Source: Mobula hypostoma | Lineage: Eukaryota | Assembly: GCF_963921235.1 (NCBI RefSeq) | Contig: NC_086101.1 | Coordinates: forward strand, 434,001-498,000 | DNA length: 64,000 bases | Reading direction: 5' to 3' | Shown here: in pieces, positions 63,387-64,000 of the stretch | Layout of the letters: every line of letters begins with the position of its first letter | Position numbering within the stretch: position 1 is the first letter of the stretch | The notes under the pieces: model-generated | What the model was told of the DNA's origin: nothing | Seen by the model: the letters and a program-made list of their open reading frames with translations, nothing else | Databases searched by the model: none | Made by a program: the position numbers and the translations under genes

Positions 63387-64000
63387 CTCTGGTCCAAATA
63401 TCGTTTGGGCCATCGGGGTCACCAATTGTAGCGATGTGCTACACACAGCGCTAGAATAACCACACGGAGTCGGTGAGTTAGAGTTGCGATGAAAGAGATT
63501 TATTCAAACTTCGCGGCCCGCTTTAAAGCCTTCCCGTTCCCGCCCTCCCTGGGCGGGATTGCTGTGGGGAATGCATATTCCCAGACCCTTTCTGCGCGCG
63601 GGATTTTCCCCCTGCTGGTGAAGATGGCCTGGCGCCCTTTTTGGGGCCGGTCCTCTGCCTGCGCGCGCTGTTGTGAGCCGGTTCGTGTGTGCCAGAAAGT
63701 GGGTCGCCACAAGATTCAGTTTTAGGTTTGGAAGACGATATTAGGAAAGCACAGTTAAATAAAGATGTTGTAATAGCAGTATTTTTTGATACTGAAAAGG
63801 GAAATAATATATTATGAAAATTAGAAGTGTGGGGAGATTGTATAATTTATCTGAGTTTTTTTATTTGGATGCACTGTGCATGTACGGGTGGGCACGTTAT
63901 GTTTGTGTTTCTATGAGATGGAGAATGGGACTCCACAAGGCAGTATTTGTAGCCCTTCATTATTTAATATTATGATTAATGATATTTTCTCTAAGATGGG

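Larger units (their letters stand above)
59334..63711 (-). mobile_element. Full-length Gypsy LTR retrotransposon, CsRn1-type
   Basis: 285-bp LTRs 59334-59618 and 63427-63711 (TG...CA, 8 mismatches by my count); TSD AGAT; tRNA-Trp PBS TGGTGACCCCGATG (63424-63411); poly-G PPT next to 59618. Confidence 0.97.

Noticed and set aside
59466..63454. Numerous antisense and alternate-frame ORFs over the Gypsy (and over the CR1 copies)
   Set aside because: Expected shadows of GC-rich or biased coding sequence; no independent motifs.

Overview
Eukaryotic, repeat-saturated genomic DNA, most likely from a cartilaginous fish (shark or ray). This rests on an HE1/V-SINE-like element, dominant CR1 LINEs, Rex1/Babar, Penelope-like and Tc1 elements, and an elasmobranch-style TRIM exon. 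No prokaryotic features are seen. Positions 1-8933 recur almost identically at 14007-22940 (14,006/14,007-bp offset). Three Gypsy LTR retrotransposon lineages are present. The first is a non-autonomous tRNA-Pro-primed element (19572-26155, truncated twin 5565-8933). The second is a 3'-truncated relative on the minus strand (34108-40189). The third is a complete CsRn1-type element (59334-63711) with a clear -1 frameshift signal. The standout observation is in the first: most of its RT/RNase H/integrase appears replaced by intronless, decayed fragments of a class II myosin heavy-chain rod (MYH16-like), i.e. host-mRNA capture by an LTR retrotransposon. The only host gene seen is a RING/B-box TRIM (exons 42749-43162 and 46519-46614). 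Its second exon has an in-frame stop and its intron holds a fold-back Tc1 with a nested Penelope element. All homology calls come from motif recognition from memory, not database searches.
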